This document shows, in pieces, positions 53,598 to 63,073 of a stretch of DNA of 64,000 nt. The notes beneath the pieces were generated by a model that saw nothing but the letters and a program-made list of their open reading frames with translations, made no database searches and was not told the origin of the DNA. This DNA comes from Alphaproteobacteria bacterium (lineage in GTDB: Bacteria > Pseudomonadota > Alphaproteobacteria > Bin95), in assembly GCA_963665325.3 (NCBI GenBank), contig CAXXWS020000002.1, positions 1,056,001 to 1,120,000 of the forward strand, written 5' to 3'. Every line of letters starts with the position of its first letter. The first letter of the stretch is position 1. Made by a program: the position numbers and the translations under genes.

Positions 53598-54040
53598 TTC
53601 GCAAGGGCGTCGCTTATTCCGAGGCGGAGAACGAGGGCATCCTGCCGGTCTGAGGGGGTGCGGTAATATCCAGGCCGGCGTCCAACAGGCTCAAATCCGA
53701 ACCTGGCGTAGAGCGCACGCGCGGCATCGTTGCGTTCGGAGACTTCCAGAAACAATGCCCCTCCGCCGAGGCCGGTGAGCGCATCTTCCAGCAGCGCCGT
53801 CGCGATTCCCCGGCGCTGCGCAGAAGGATGGGTCGCAATCATCACTACTTCCGCTTCGTCGCCGGTGCTGCGCAGATGCAGGAAGCCGACAGGCAGGGAC
53901 CCGTCCATTGCGATGCGGGTGCGCGCGCCCGGTGCCGCGAGCAGGCTGCGCCAGGCATCCGCGGACCAGGAGTCCCCGGGCATGGCCGCGCGGTGGATGG
54001 CTGCGAGAATCTCGGAATGCGAGGAGTCGGCGGCGATCAT
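53585..54040 (-). CDS. RimI-like GNAT acetyltransferase
   Basis: QRRGIA, FLEV...N..ARALY..FGF..VGRR.GYY; follows tsaB. Confidence 0.88.
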   Translation of the reverse strand: MIAADSSHSEILAAIHRAAMPGDSWSADAWRSLLAAPGARTRIAMDGSLPVGFLHLRSTGDEAEVVMIATHPSAQRRGIATALLEDALTGLGGGALFLEVSERNDAARALYARFGFEPVGRRPGYYRTPSDRQDALVLRLGISDALANQRR

Positions 54041-54642
54041 GGCCTGGCCGGGCCGGTATGGGGCCGGGTGAGATAGAGCGGCGATGCCGGACCGGGCGGA
54101 AACGTCCTGCCGAGAAGCCGGGCCGCATCCGGAAGTGTCGGCCCCAGCGCCCGAACCTCTCCCGGCGCCAACTTCGCCAGCACCGCTGCTGCATCGCCGA
54201 CGACGGTGAAGGGCGCGTTCGCAATCAGGGCTTCCGCTGTCGTCACGAATGGGTCGGCGGCGGCGGAAAGGTCGGCGGCATAGAGGCTGCCGCGCTTGGT
54301 ATCGATCACGGCGAACAAAGGGCCCTCGGGCGGATCCGTCGGACGCAATGCTTCGAAGGTGGGTACCGCCGCAACGGCGGCTCCGGTGGCGAGCGCCAGC
54401 CCGCGCGCCGCCGCCAGCGCTATGCGGACACCGGTAAAGGAGCCCGGACCCCGCGTGACGACGATTTGGGAGACTTCGGGGAAGGCCGCACCGGCGTCCG
54501 CCATCGCTCGTTCCAGCATGACCGGCGCCGTCTCCGCATGGCCGCGCGCCATCGCCTGCCAATGGCTTGCGAGGAGCTTCCCGTCCCGGGCAACAGCAAC
54601 GGAGCAGGCATTGGCGGCGCAATCGAGCGCGATTTCGACCAT
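54037..54642 (-). CDS. tsaB: tRNA threonylcarbamoyladenosine biosynthesis protein TsaB
   Basis: RGHAE, GPGSFTGVRI, ARGLA. Confidence 0.92.
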   Translation of the reverse strand: MVEIALDCAANACSVAVARDGKLLASHWQAMARGHAETAPVMLERAMADAGAAFPEVSQIVVTRGPGSFTGVRIALAAARGLALATGAAVAAVPTFEALRPTDPPEGPLFAVIDTKRGSLYAADLSAAADPFVTTAEALIANAPFTVVGDAAAVLAKLAPGEVRALGPTLPDAARLLGRTFPPGPASPLYLTRPHTGPARP

Positions 54643-54687
54643 GGGATGCGCCGGGGATGCTTGGCGGGCTGCCCCGCCGGGCGGGGC

Positions 54688-55239
54688 CTAGGGAACCGGA
54701 TAGACCGCTTCGACTTCCGGGATGTAGTGGCGCAGCATGTTCTCGACGCCCATCTTCAGGGTTGCCGTCGAGCTCGGGCAGCCGGCGCAGGCGCCCTGCA
54801 TGCTGAGATAGACAACGCCGTCCTCGAAAGCGCGGAAGACGATATCGCCGCCGTCCTGCGCCACCGCCGGCCGGACGCGCGTTTCCAGCAGCTCCTTGAT
54901 CTGCGAGACGACTTCGCTGTCCTCCGCACCGTCACCGGCGTCGTCCACGCCGCCGTCCAGCATGACCGGGCGGCCGGCCATGAAGTGGTCCATGATCGCG
55001 CCCAGGATCATCGGCTTCAACGTCTGCCAGTCGCGCGCGTCGTCCTTGCTGACGGTTACGAAGTCGCTGCCGAGGAATACCGCACGGACACCCGGCACAT
55101 CGAACAGCACCTGCGCCAGCGGCGAGCGCTCCGAGCCCTCTATCGACGGGAAATCGGCGGTGCCGCGCCCCATCACGTTCACGCCGGGAATGAACTTCAG
55201 CGTTGCGGGATTGGGGGTCTGTTCGGTCTGAATGAACAT
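54688..55239 (-). CDS. NifU/Nfu-family Fe-S cluster carrier
   Basis: MFIQTE.TPNPATLKF, VRPAVAQDGGDI, GACAGCPSS. Confidence 0.93.
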   Translation of the reverse strand: MFIQTEQTPNPATLKFIPGVNVMGRGTADFPSIEGSERSPLAQVLFDVPGVRAVFLGSDFVTVSKDDARDWQTLKPMILGAIMDHFMAGRPVMLDGGVDDAGDGAEDSEVVSQIKELLETRVRPAVAQDGGDIVFRAFEDGVVYLSMQGACAGCPSSTATLKMGVENMLRHYIPEVEAVYPVP

Positions 55240-55295
55240 CGGCTGCTTCCTCCGGCGCACTATGCGGTTCTAGATGGACCGGAACCGCCGCGAAA

Positions 55296-56555
55296 TCAAG
55301 CTGCGCCGTCGTAATAGGCCTGGAGGATAGCGAGAACGCCATCGCGGCTGTATTCGGGCGGGATCGTCTCGCGGTTGGCGAACATCTCGCGCAGCCGGGT
55401 GCCCGAGATGCGGAGCTTTCCATCGTCGCTGTGGCGGCAGGCTTGGCCTCCGGCGTCCCCTGTCGCGACGGCCGCCACCGCGCGGTAACGCTCCTCCTCG
55501 CCGGGCGGGTCCTCCCCTCGCTCGGCGGCGAAGCACACGTTCCCCGTCGCCATGCCCTTGCAGTCGGAGCAGTAGAATGTGTCGTCGATCTTCAGGGGAC
55601 GGATGGCGAGGCTGTCTGCGCCGATCTCGTCGAATATGCGCTGCGCGTCGTAGGGCCCGTAATAGTCGCCGAGCCCGGCATGGTCACGTCCCACCACCAG
55701 ATGCGAGCAACCGAAATTCTGGCGGAACAGGGCGTGCAGCAGCGCCTCCCGGGGGCCGGCGTAGCGCATCTCGATGGGGTAGCCGGCCTGGATCACCCGT
55801 CCATCCGGGAAGTGGTTGGCGACCAGCCAGTCGATGGTGCCGACCCGGACATCCGCGGGAATGTCGCCTTGCTTGAGCGCCCCGAGGACCTGGTGGATCA
55901 GCAGCCCGTCGCACACCTCGATGGCGACCTTGGCGAGAAACTCGTGACTGCGGTGCATGGGGTTGCGGGTCTGGAAGGCGGCAACCGTGGACCAGCCCCT
56001 TTCGGCGAACAGCGCCCGGGTCTCGGCGGGGCGCAGGTAAAGCCCCCGGTAAGTCTCGGGAAAGTGGCCCTCCGAGAAGACCGAGACAGGGCCAGCCAAG
56101 TTGACCGGGCCCTGCGCCATGACCTTGGCGACGCCTGGGTGAGCCTCGTCGGTTGTGCGGTAGATCTCACGACACTCGAGGGCCTTGTCGATTGTGTATT
56201 TCTCGGTGACCGTCAGGACGCCGAGGATCTCCCCCTCCGCATCCGTCAACGCGACGTCGTCGCCCACGGCGACGGCGAAGTCCTCGCCGCAGGACAGCGT
56301 GATGGGCAGCGGCCAAAAAAGGCCGTTGTCCAGGCGCATATCGACGCTTGCGCCGTGCCAGTCGGCCGCGCCCATGAAGCCCGCCAGCGGCGAATAGGCG
56401 CCCATGGCAAACATGAAGAGGTCCGAGACCTCGCGACTCGACAAAGGCAGCTTCTTCAGGCCGCGCGCCCTCGTCAGCGCCTCGTCCCGCTCCTCCTGCG
56501 GCAGCAACAGGGGCTTCAAAGCGGCGTTGCCGTGCGGGGCGATCAATTTCGACAT
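55296..56555 (-). CDS. sat: Sulfate adenylyltransferase (ATP sulfurylase)
   Basis: FQTRNPMHRSHE, YAGPREA, GRDHAG, ISGT. Confidence 0.96.
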   Translation of the reverse strand: MSKLIAPHGNAALKPLLLPQEERDEALTRARGLKKLPLSSREVSDLFMFAMGAYSPLAGFMGAADWHGASVDMRLDNGLFWPLPITLSCGEDFAVAVGDDVALTDAEGEILGVLTVTEKYTIDKALECREIYRTTDEAHPGVAKVMAQGPVNLAGPVSVFSEGHFPETYRGLYLRPAETRALFAERGWSTVAAFQTRNPMHRSHEFLAKVAIEVCDGLLIHQVLGALKQGDIPADVRVGTIDWLVANHFPDGRVIQAGYPIEMRYAGPREALLHALFRQNFGCSHLVVGRDHAGLGDYYGPYDAQRIFDEIGADSLAIRPLKIDDTFYCSDCKGMATGNVCFAAERGEDPPGEEERYRAVAAVATGDAGGQACRHSDDGKLRISGTRLREMFANRETIPPEYSRDGVLAILQAYYDGAA

Positions 56556-56583
56556 GAGGCGTCGCCGTGACGGGAAATCGGGA

Positions 56584-58428
56584 CTAGTCGATGATGTGGT
56601 GGACGGGCGCCTTCTCCATGGCCCATTCCCCGGATTCCCGATCGTAGCGAGACAAGGTGAAGCAATGCCAGTCGGCGTCGTCAAGCTTCGGATGATCGGC
56701 CCGATAGTAGTATCCCGGCCACCGCGTTTCGGTCCTGAACATCGTGTGATGCGTCACCGACTCCGAGGCCAGGACCCGGTGGTGAAGCTCCCACACCCGC
56801 TGAAGCTGGTGAAGGTCTTCCGCCCCGAGACTGCCGAGGTCTTCCTTCAGCATGCCCAGCAACTCCAGCCCGCGGGTGAGCATGGGTTCGTTCGTACTAT
56901 AGGCGGTGCTGATGCCGCCGACATATTCGTCCATGATCTTCTCGAGACGCTGGAGACCGTGAATCGGCAGGATATAGCTCGGCGAAACCGTTCCCGCGAC
57001 GATCTCGTTGCGCCCCACCCGGTAGGTCTCCAGAGGCTGGAAGATGACCTGCTTGAGGTCTTCGTATTCCTTCTCGCTGACCTGGGGCCGGTCGGTCTTG
57101 AGATCGTTGACGTAGTTGACTGCCGCCTTTCCAGCGATCCGGCCTTCGGTGAAGGACCCCGACGAGAACTTGTGGGCGGTACCGCCGATGGTGTCGCCGG
57201 CGCCGAACAGCCCGTCGACGGACATCATCCGATTGTATCCCCACTGGTAGTCCGCCGGCGCGCAGTCTTCCGGACCGCTCGCCCAGGCGCCCGAGCATGT
57301 GGCATGCGAGCCCATGACGTAGGGCTCGGACGTGGTCAGCTCCGGATTGGTATGCTTGGGATCGATATTCTGGGACGCCCAGACAACCGCTTGTCCGATC
57401 GTCATGCCGAGGAAATTCTCCCAGCCGACCTGCTCCAGGTGGGGATCGGCGAAGGCTTCCTTCGTCACCATGCGTATGGGGCCGCGGCCGGCCTTGATCT
57501 CCTCCAGGAAGGCGTGGTTGCGCAGGCAGGTAGGCACCGGGTGCCGGTCGATATAGTCCCCGACCAGCTCCTTGGTGTGGTCGTACCACTTGGACTCGTA
57601 CTCGTCCCCGTAGGCGTTCTCGGTGTACGTCTTGAGGTGGAGGAAATAGGCGCCGACCGGACCGTAACCGTCCTTGAAGCGGGTGAGGACGACCCGGTTT
57701 TCCATCTGGGTCATCTTGGCGCCGACGAGGAGCGGCAGTGCATAGGCCGACGCGCTGCTCCAGGGGGCGTACCAGGTTCGCCCCATGCCCTCGCCCACTG
57801 CCCGGGGCTTGAAGATGTGCGACGCGCCGCCGGCGGACACGATGACGGCCTTCGCGCGGAAGACGTAGAAATCCCCGGTACGGACGTTGAACCCGACCGC
57901 TCCGGCGACGCGGTTGGGATTCGCCCGGTCCGTCAGAAGGTGGGTCACCATGATCCGGTTATAGACTTCGGTGGCGGCCTTGCGGGCGGCTTCGGCGACG
58001 ATCGGCTTGTAGCTCTCGCCGTGGATCATGATCTGCCACTTGCCTTCGCGCAGATAGCGCCCGGTTTCTGGGTCCTTCATGATCGGAAGGCCCCACTCTT
58101 CGAACTTGTGCACCGTGGAGTCGACATGCCGGGCGATATCGAAGCCCAGGTCCTCCCGCACCAGGCCCATGAGGTCGTTCCGGGCGTAGCGGACATGGTC
58201 TTCGGGCTGGTTCTCGTCCCACTGCATGCCCATGTAGCAGTTGATCGCGTACAGGCCCTGGGCGACGGCGCCGCTGCGCTCGATGTTCGCCTTCTCGACG
58301 CAGACCACCTTGAGGTCGCGCCCCCAATATCCGGCTTCGTAAGTCGCGCCGCAGCCGGCCATGCCGCCACCGACGACCAGGATATCCGAGTCTACGAAAA
58401 CCGTTTTCCGGCGAGCGAACAAACTCAC
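56584..58428 (-). CDS. aprA: Adenylylsulfate reductase alpha subunit
   Basis: RSGAVAQGL.AIN, WQIMIHGESYK, RFKDGYGPVGA, HKFSSGS, ETRWPGYYYR. Confidence 0.97.
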   Translation of the reverse strand: MSLFARRKTVFVDSDILVVGGGMAGCGATYEAGYWGRDLKVVCVEKANIERSGAVAQGLYAINCYMGMQWDENQPEDHVRYARNDLMGLVREDLGFDIARHVDSTVHKFEEWGLPIMKDPETGRYLREGKWQIMIHGESYKPIVAEAARKAATEVYNRIMVTHLLTDRANPNRVAGAVGFNVRTGDFYVFRAKAVIVSAGGASHIFKPRAVGEGMGRTWYAPWSSASAYALPLLVGAKMTQMENRVVLTRFKDGYGPVGAYFLHLKTYTENAYGDEYESKWYDHTKELVGDYIDRHPVPTCLRNHAFLEEIKAGRGPIRMVTKEAFADPHLEQVGWENFLGMTIGQAVVWASQNIDPKHTNPELTTSEPYVMGSHATCSGAWASGPEDCAPADYQWGYNRMMSVDGLFGAGDTIGGTAHKFSSGSFTEGRIAGKAAVNYVNDLKTDRPQVSEKEYEDLKQVIFQPLETYRVGRNEIVAGTVSPSYILPIHGLQRLEKIMDEYVGGISTAYSTNEPMLTRGLELLGMLKEDLGSLGAEDLHQLQRVWELHHRVLASESVTHHTMFRTETRWPGYYYRADHPKLDDADWHCFTLSRYDRESGEWAMEKAPVHHIID

Positions 58429-58889
58429 TAGTGGCCTCCCTCACTGGTTCGATCCGGCTGCAACATGGGCAAGGCCTCGATGTGGAGCGCGTCGGGCTCG
58501 TGCGCGAGTTGCTGCGACTTCATCGCTTCGGGGTCGGGCGCCTCGTAGTCGGCTGGCGGTTTGATCGATCCCCAGGGCGTCGTTCGTATCGGGGAAACGA
58601 AATCCTTTTCCTGGCCGTTCCGGAACTTGATCTTCCAGGAAATTGCGCCCTTCGCCTCTTCCCTCAGCACCCGGACACTGTGACCCAGGGGGGCGAAGTC
58701 GGCATAGCCGCGACAGTCGATGGCATGCTGCGGACACGCCTTCACGCAGGAGTAGCACTCCCAGCACATATTGGGCTCGATGTTGTAGGCCCGCCGGGTG
58801 GTGCTATCGATGTGCATGATGTCGGACGGACAGATATCGACGCAATATCCGCAGCCGTCGCAACTGGTCATATAGACGAATGTCGGCAT
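58428..58889 (-). CDS. aprB: Adenylylsulfate reductase beta subunit
   Basis: MPTFV, CDGC..C..ICPSD, CWECYSCVKACP, RGYADF. Confidence 0.97.
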   Translation of the reverse strand: MPTFVYMTSCDGCGYCVDICPSDIMHIDSTTRRAYNIEPNMCWECYSCVKACPQHAIDCRGYADFAPLGHSVRVLREEAKGAISWKIKFRNGQEKDFVSPIRTTPWGSIKPPADYEAPDPEAMKSQQLAHEPDALHIEALPMLQPDRTSEGGH

Positions 58890-58932
58890 GTGGTTCCGTT
58901 ATCTCCTCGATCGAAGACCGATGATGGGCCGA

Positions 58933-59721
58933 TCAGTAGTGGCGGGGCCTTTCGCGCGCACTGCCGAACGTTTCGGGTATGTCGGCGGGGGCCGGCAGGT
59001 TGCGCCGCGACCCGCTCGCCTCGGACACCCGTTTCTCCAACGCCGCCGCGGGCTTGTAGAACATGTGCGCGAACTTGGACCACGGAACCGACCCGAACAG
59101 CACCGTCGTGGCGATGAGGTAGAGGCCCAGGAACACGGTCGTCCACGAACTCTCCATCGCCTGCAGGCCGGCCCAGATCAGGCCCAGTGTCGTGCTGGCG
59201 AGAAGCGAGAGGATGAACAGGTCGGCGCGCATCGCCCGGAACGGCGGATGGCCCTCGGCAGCCACATCGACCCGGATAAAGAACCAGAACCAGTAGCCGC
59301 CGAGGCAGACCAGCAAGGCTCCGGCGAACCAGAGCAGGGGCAGGATGGGCGGCGTCGCGGCGGACGTCGGGTACCAGAACACCATGATGACGGTGGCGAT
59401 GACGTATGCCAGGAAGCCGTACATCGTCAGCAGGTGGGCAACCCGGCGGCGGCCTGGGCCGAATTCGGCGGATGTCAGGCCCTCCGACAAGGCGGTCCGG
59501 ACCGCGAGCGCCGACATTTCCCCGCCGCCGACGCGGCGCGTCCCCTTGTCCCGCGACTTCCGCCAGCTGCGGAAGAAATAGGCGGCGCTTCCCTTGTGCC
59601 AGATGTCGAACAGGGTGCCGCCCGCGACCAGCAGGATCATGATGACGACGTAGGTCTGAATGACGCCGGGTGATACGAATTCAGATGCCGCAAGCACGGC
59701 GAAGGGATTACTGGTGAACAC
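58933..59721 (-). CDS. aprM: APS reductase membrane anchor AprM
   Basis: Polytopic membrane protein; HK.SA.YFF, HLLTMYG, WSKFAHMFYKP; directly upstream of aprB. Confidence 0.88.
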   Translation of the reverse strand: MFTSNPFAVLAASEFVSPGVIQTYVVIMILLVAGGTLFDIWHKGSAAYFFRSWRKSRDKGTRRVGGGEMSALAVRTALSEGLTSAEFGPGRRRVAHLLTMYGFLAYVIATVIMVFWYPTSAATPPILPLLWFAGALLVCLGGYWFWFFIRVDVAAEGHPPFRAMRADLFILSLLASTTLGLIWAGLQAMESSWTTVFLGLYLIATTVLFGSVPWSKFAHMFYKPAAALEKRVSEASGSRRNLPAPADIPETFGSARERPRHY

Positions 59722-59911
59722 GCGATTGCCCCGATGTCAGCCTGTTCCGTTCGACGCGCCGAGCGATGATATCGATCCGCCCCCAAGGGCCATACATCCA
59801 ATTAGCGAGATGGGTTGTCAAGGCCGGCGCAGGGCGCTCCCGGAACCTCGCCTTGCATAGCCGTTCGGGCGGGCCGGAAAGGTCTTCGAGCTGCATGGAA
59901 GCTCGTCTCCT

Positions 59912-60397
59912 TCAGGCGAAACGGGTTATTTCTTCTTCGGAGAGATTGCCCGGCAGGATGACCACCGGCACCTGCAGGCGGCCGACCGACTTGCCGGTCA
60001 AGGAGGAAATCAGCGGCCCCGGTCCCTTGGGGCCCGTGTCGGAAGCGAGGATCAGGAAGGCGACCGAGGGGTCCTCCTCGCACGCCAGTATCGTCTCATC
60101 CACCTTGTCGCCTTCCCGGACCGCCAGCGAAGGCACTCTGCCGGAAAGGCGCTGAACCTGCGCGGCCGCCTGTAGAATGATCGTTTCGGCGTGTTCGCGC
60201 GCTTCCTCGCGCATCAGCTCGCCGACGGCAGACCAGTGCTGGAAGTCCGCAGGCGTGTCGATGACGTAGAGCAGGCCGACATGGCTGCCCGTACGCCGGG
60301 AGCGCAGCGCCGCGAATGTCAACGCCACCGGCAGTTCGTCGCTCTCGTCGACAACGCAGAGAAGGGTGCGCGTCGAGGGGGAAGGCAGTTCGGTCAA
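59912..60397 (-). CDS. Universal stress protein
   Basis: VVDES.E..VAL.FA, VREG, GPGPLIS, PVVILPG.L. Confidence 0.9.
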   Translation of the reverse strand: MTELPSPSTRTLLCVVDESDELPVALTFAALRSRRTGSHVGLLYVIDTPADFQHWSAVGELMREEAREHAETIILQAAAQVQRLSGRVPSLAVREGDKVDETILACEEDPSVAFLILASDTGPKGPGPLISSLTGKSVGRLQVPVVILPGNLSEEEITRFA

Positions 60398-60401
60398 GGA
60401 C

Positions 60402-61148
60402 TCAGGCTCTCCGCGCGACAGCGCCTGCGAGCCATCCTGCCATCAAGGCGAGCAGGATGGCAACGAGACCGTGCAGGATCGGGAAATCGTGCGCGAAACG
60501 GAAAACAGCCGCTTCGAGCCCGGCCTTGCGGATGTGAAGCGCGCTGGCCGTTGCATTGACCACATTGGCGCCGCGCACCTCGAAGACTTCGATCCGGTAG
60601 CTGCCTACGGGAACATTGGCCGGAAACACGACGCCCGTGCGGAAGAGGTGCTCGCCCAGGAACTCGACATGCCCGAACTCGGCCGAGTAGAGGCCGTTTA
60701 TCTGTTTGCGCCGCACCAGCGCTTCCTGAAAGGTTTCTAACGCCTCGACATGGGCGGCCGCCGGCGCCGGAGCCAGAAAGTCCTGTCCGATCTTGTACCG
60801 GTCCAGAACTTCCCTCAGCGGTTGTTCGACGAATGCTTCGCTGGCGGCGACCCACACGAAGGCGGGCGCCTCCGGGAAGGCTACGCCGCCATGATTGGCC
60901 CAGACCCCGAAATTGCGTTCCTTGCGGCGAACCGTCGTCGGTTGTTCCGGCCCGCGAATCACGACGATCACGCCGTGCTCTTCCGCGGCCGATCCCTGCT
61001 GTTCGGCCGCCGTCCCGAAAACGACGAGCTCGGCTCCGGTGAACCCGGCAGTGATGGCGACGGTTCGCTCCGAAACATCGACCACAAACTGCGCAGCAGA
61101 CGCGGGCGTGGCGGCGGCAAGCAGCAGGACCGTGACGAGCGCGCGCAT
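60402..61148 (-). CDS. TIGR02186-family membrane protein
   Basis: Signal peptide, IT.GFTG.EL.VFG, VRRK.R.FGVW.N, LFRT...FPAN.PVG.Y; follows tauE. Confidence 0.85.
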   Translation of the reverse strand: MRALVTVLLLAAATPASAAQFVVDVSERTVAITAGFTGAELVVFGTAAEQQGSAAEEHGVIVVIRGPEQPTTVRRKERNFGVWANHGGVAFPEAPAFVWVAASEAFVEQPLREVLDRYKIGQDFLAPAPAAAHVEALETFQEALVRRKQINGLYSAEFGHVEFLGEHLFRTGVVFPANVPVGSYRIEVFEVRGANVVNATASALHIRKAGLEAAVFRFAHDFPILHGLVAILLALMAGWLAGAVARRA

Positions 61149-62065
61149 CAAAGGATGCCCGGCTGCAGCGAAAACAGGTCGTCCGGCCGCGTCACCAGAT
61201 CGAAGAGCAACTTGAGGCACACGGCCAGCACCAGCGCGGCCAGCAGCACCCGGAACTGCTCGCTCGGCAGCCGGGCGCCCAGGCGGGAGCCCACCTGCAC
61301 GCCGACGACGGAGCCCGCCAGCAGCAGCAGCGCCAGGATTACATCGACCGTCTGGTTGGCGGCCGACTGGAGCAGGGTCACGGTCGAGACCACGAACAGG
61401 ATCTGGAACAGCGAGGTGCCGGCGACCATGGCGGTCGGCATGCCGAGCAGGTAAATCATCGCCGGCACCATGATGAACCCGCCGCCGACGCCCATGATCG
61501 CCGCCAGCAGGCCGACCAGCAGGCCGATCAGGAACGGCATGACGGCGCTGATATAGAGGCGCGACTTCTGGAACCGCATCTTGAGCGGCAAGCCATGGAT
61601 CCAAGTGTGGCGGTGCAGCTTGCCGCGCCGGGCCACGCCCTTGCGCTTGCGCAACAGGGCGCGAAGGCTCTCCGACATCATCAGCGCGCCGACGATGCCG
61701 AGGAACACGACGTAACAGAGCGAAATCGCCAGATCGATCTGCCCGAGGCCGCGCAGCAGCTTGAACAGCCACACACCCAGGCCCGAACCCAGCACGCCGC
61801 CGGTCAGCAGCACCATGCCCATCTTGAAATCGACGCCGCCGCGCCGCCAATGGGCCAGCACGCCGGAAACCGAGGTCGCGACGAGCTGATTCGCTTCGCT
61901 CGCCACGGCGACTGCCGGCGGAATGCCGATGAAGATCAGGAGCGGTGTCATCAGGAAGCCACCGCCGACCCCGAACAGGCCGGACAAAACGCCGACTCCG
62001 GCGCCCATCCCCAGCAACAGAAAGACGTCGACCGAAAGCTCGGCAACCGGCAGATATATCTGCAT
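61148..62065 (-). CDS. Sulfite exporter TauE/SafE-family protein
   Basis: MQIYLPVAE start and duplicated GVGGGF motifs. Confidence 0.9.
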   Translation of the reverse strand: MQIYLPVAELSVDVFLLLGMGAGVGVLSGLFGVGGGFLMTPLLIFIGIPPAVAVASEANQLVATSVSGVLAHWRRGGVDFKMGMVLLTGGVLGSGLGVWLFKLLRGLGQIDLAISLCYVVFLGIVGALMMSESLRALLRKRKGVARRGKLHRHTWIHGLPLKMRFQKSRLYISAVMPFLIGLLVGLLAAIMGVGGGFIMVPAMIYLLGMPTAMVAGTSLFQILFVVSTVTLLQSAANQTVDVILALLLLAGSVVGVQVGSRLGARLPSEQFRVLLAALVLAVCLKLLFDLVTRPDDLFSLQPGIL

Positions 62066-62188
62066 GGCGGCCCCTCTTAGGCCCGCCGCTGACTGTGTGC
62101 AAGGCGAAGTGCAGCGGGCTTCGCCTGCGGTCTTCGAATAGCCTTGGACAGGGAGTGTTCCGGCCGCGGTCGGCAGCCCGCGCAGCGA

Positions 62189-63073
62189 TCAGTAAGGCCG
62201 CCCGCCCGCGACCTGGGTGCGGTGCATCAGGCGGCGAGTCGTTGGGTCGAAGGGGTCGCGGCGGTGCATGACGGCGCGGTTGTCCCAGAGCACGATATCG
62301 CCCTCGCGCCAGCGGTGCTCCCAGACATGGCTCTCGTCGCCCGCATGCGTCCAGAGCCGGTCGAGCAGGCGCTCGCTTTCCTCGACATCGAACCCGACCA
62401 GCCAGGCATTGCGGCGCCGTCCGAGGAACAGCGCCTTGCGCCCGGTGTCGGGATGCGTGCGCAGCACCGGATGGCGCGCGCCCGGCGTCTCGCGCACGTC
62501 GGTGACCGGGGGGACGCCCTGCCGCCCTGCGCCGGTCGAGGTCAGCGAGAGGTCATGCACGCACAGGGCATCCTTCACTGCGTCTGCCGTTTCCTCCTCA
62601 AGCGTGTCGAGCGCGCGGTGCATGTTGGTGAAGGCGGTGTTGCCGCCGGCGGGCGGTATCTCGATGGCGTAGAGGCAGGAGCCGGCGGGCGGTTCCGCGA
62701 TGAACGACATGTCGGTGTGCCAGTCCGCCTCGCCCGCGCCGAGCGCGCCGATCTGCTTTCCGTCCACCTCGATATTGGAGATGATGGTCACTTCCGGGGG
62801 CACGTCGCTGAACGAGCCGAAACCGGCCGTCACTTCGCTGTTGGGCGCGTCCTGCAGCGGCCCGAAGACGCGGGTGAAGGCGATCAGCTCCTCGTCGCTC
62901 AGGCCCGTCTGGCCCCGGAACAGCAGCACGAGATGCTGCTTCCATGCTTCCCGCAACGCCTCGCCCACCTCCGCCGACAGCTTCCGGCGCACATCGATGC
63001 CCCGAATCTCGGCGCCCAGTGCAAAGCCCGTCGGAACGATTTCTATCGGCAATGTCTCGGCACCGGCGGTCAC
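62189..63073 (-). CDS. TauD/TfdA-family Fe(II)/2-oxoglutarate dioxygenase
   Basis: LGAEIRGID, WHTD, GG.T.F, HPV.RTHP.TGRKALF, WDNR..MHRR; GTG start overlaps the speE stop. Confidence 0.92.
   Translation of the reverse strand: MTAGAETLPIEIVPTGFALGAEIRGIDVRRKLSAEVGEALREAWKQHLVLLFRGQTGLSDEELIAFTRVFGPLQDAPNSEVTAGFGSFSDVPPEVTIISNIEVDGKQIGALGAGEADWHTDMSFIAEPPAGSCLYAIEIPPAGGNTAFTNMHRALDTLEEETADAVKDALCVHDLSLTSTGAGRQGVPPVTDVRETPGARHPVLRTHPDTGRKALFLGRRRNAWLVGFDVEESERLLDRLWTHAGDESHVWEHRWREGDIVLWDNRAVMHRRDPFDPTTRRLMHRTQVAGGRPY

Noticed and set aside
55296-59721. Evidence for dissimilatory sulfate reduction
   Set aside because: The AprM anchor indicates the oxidative type, and there is no qmo or dsr gene in the window.
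60402-62065. tauE plus TIGR02186 as part of the apr/sat cassette
   Set aside because: This pair with usp is a widespread alphaproteobacterial block found without apr genes, so adjacency alone does not show a functional link.
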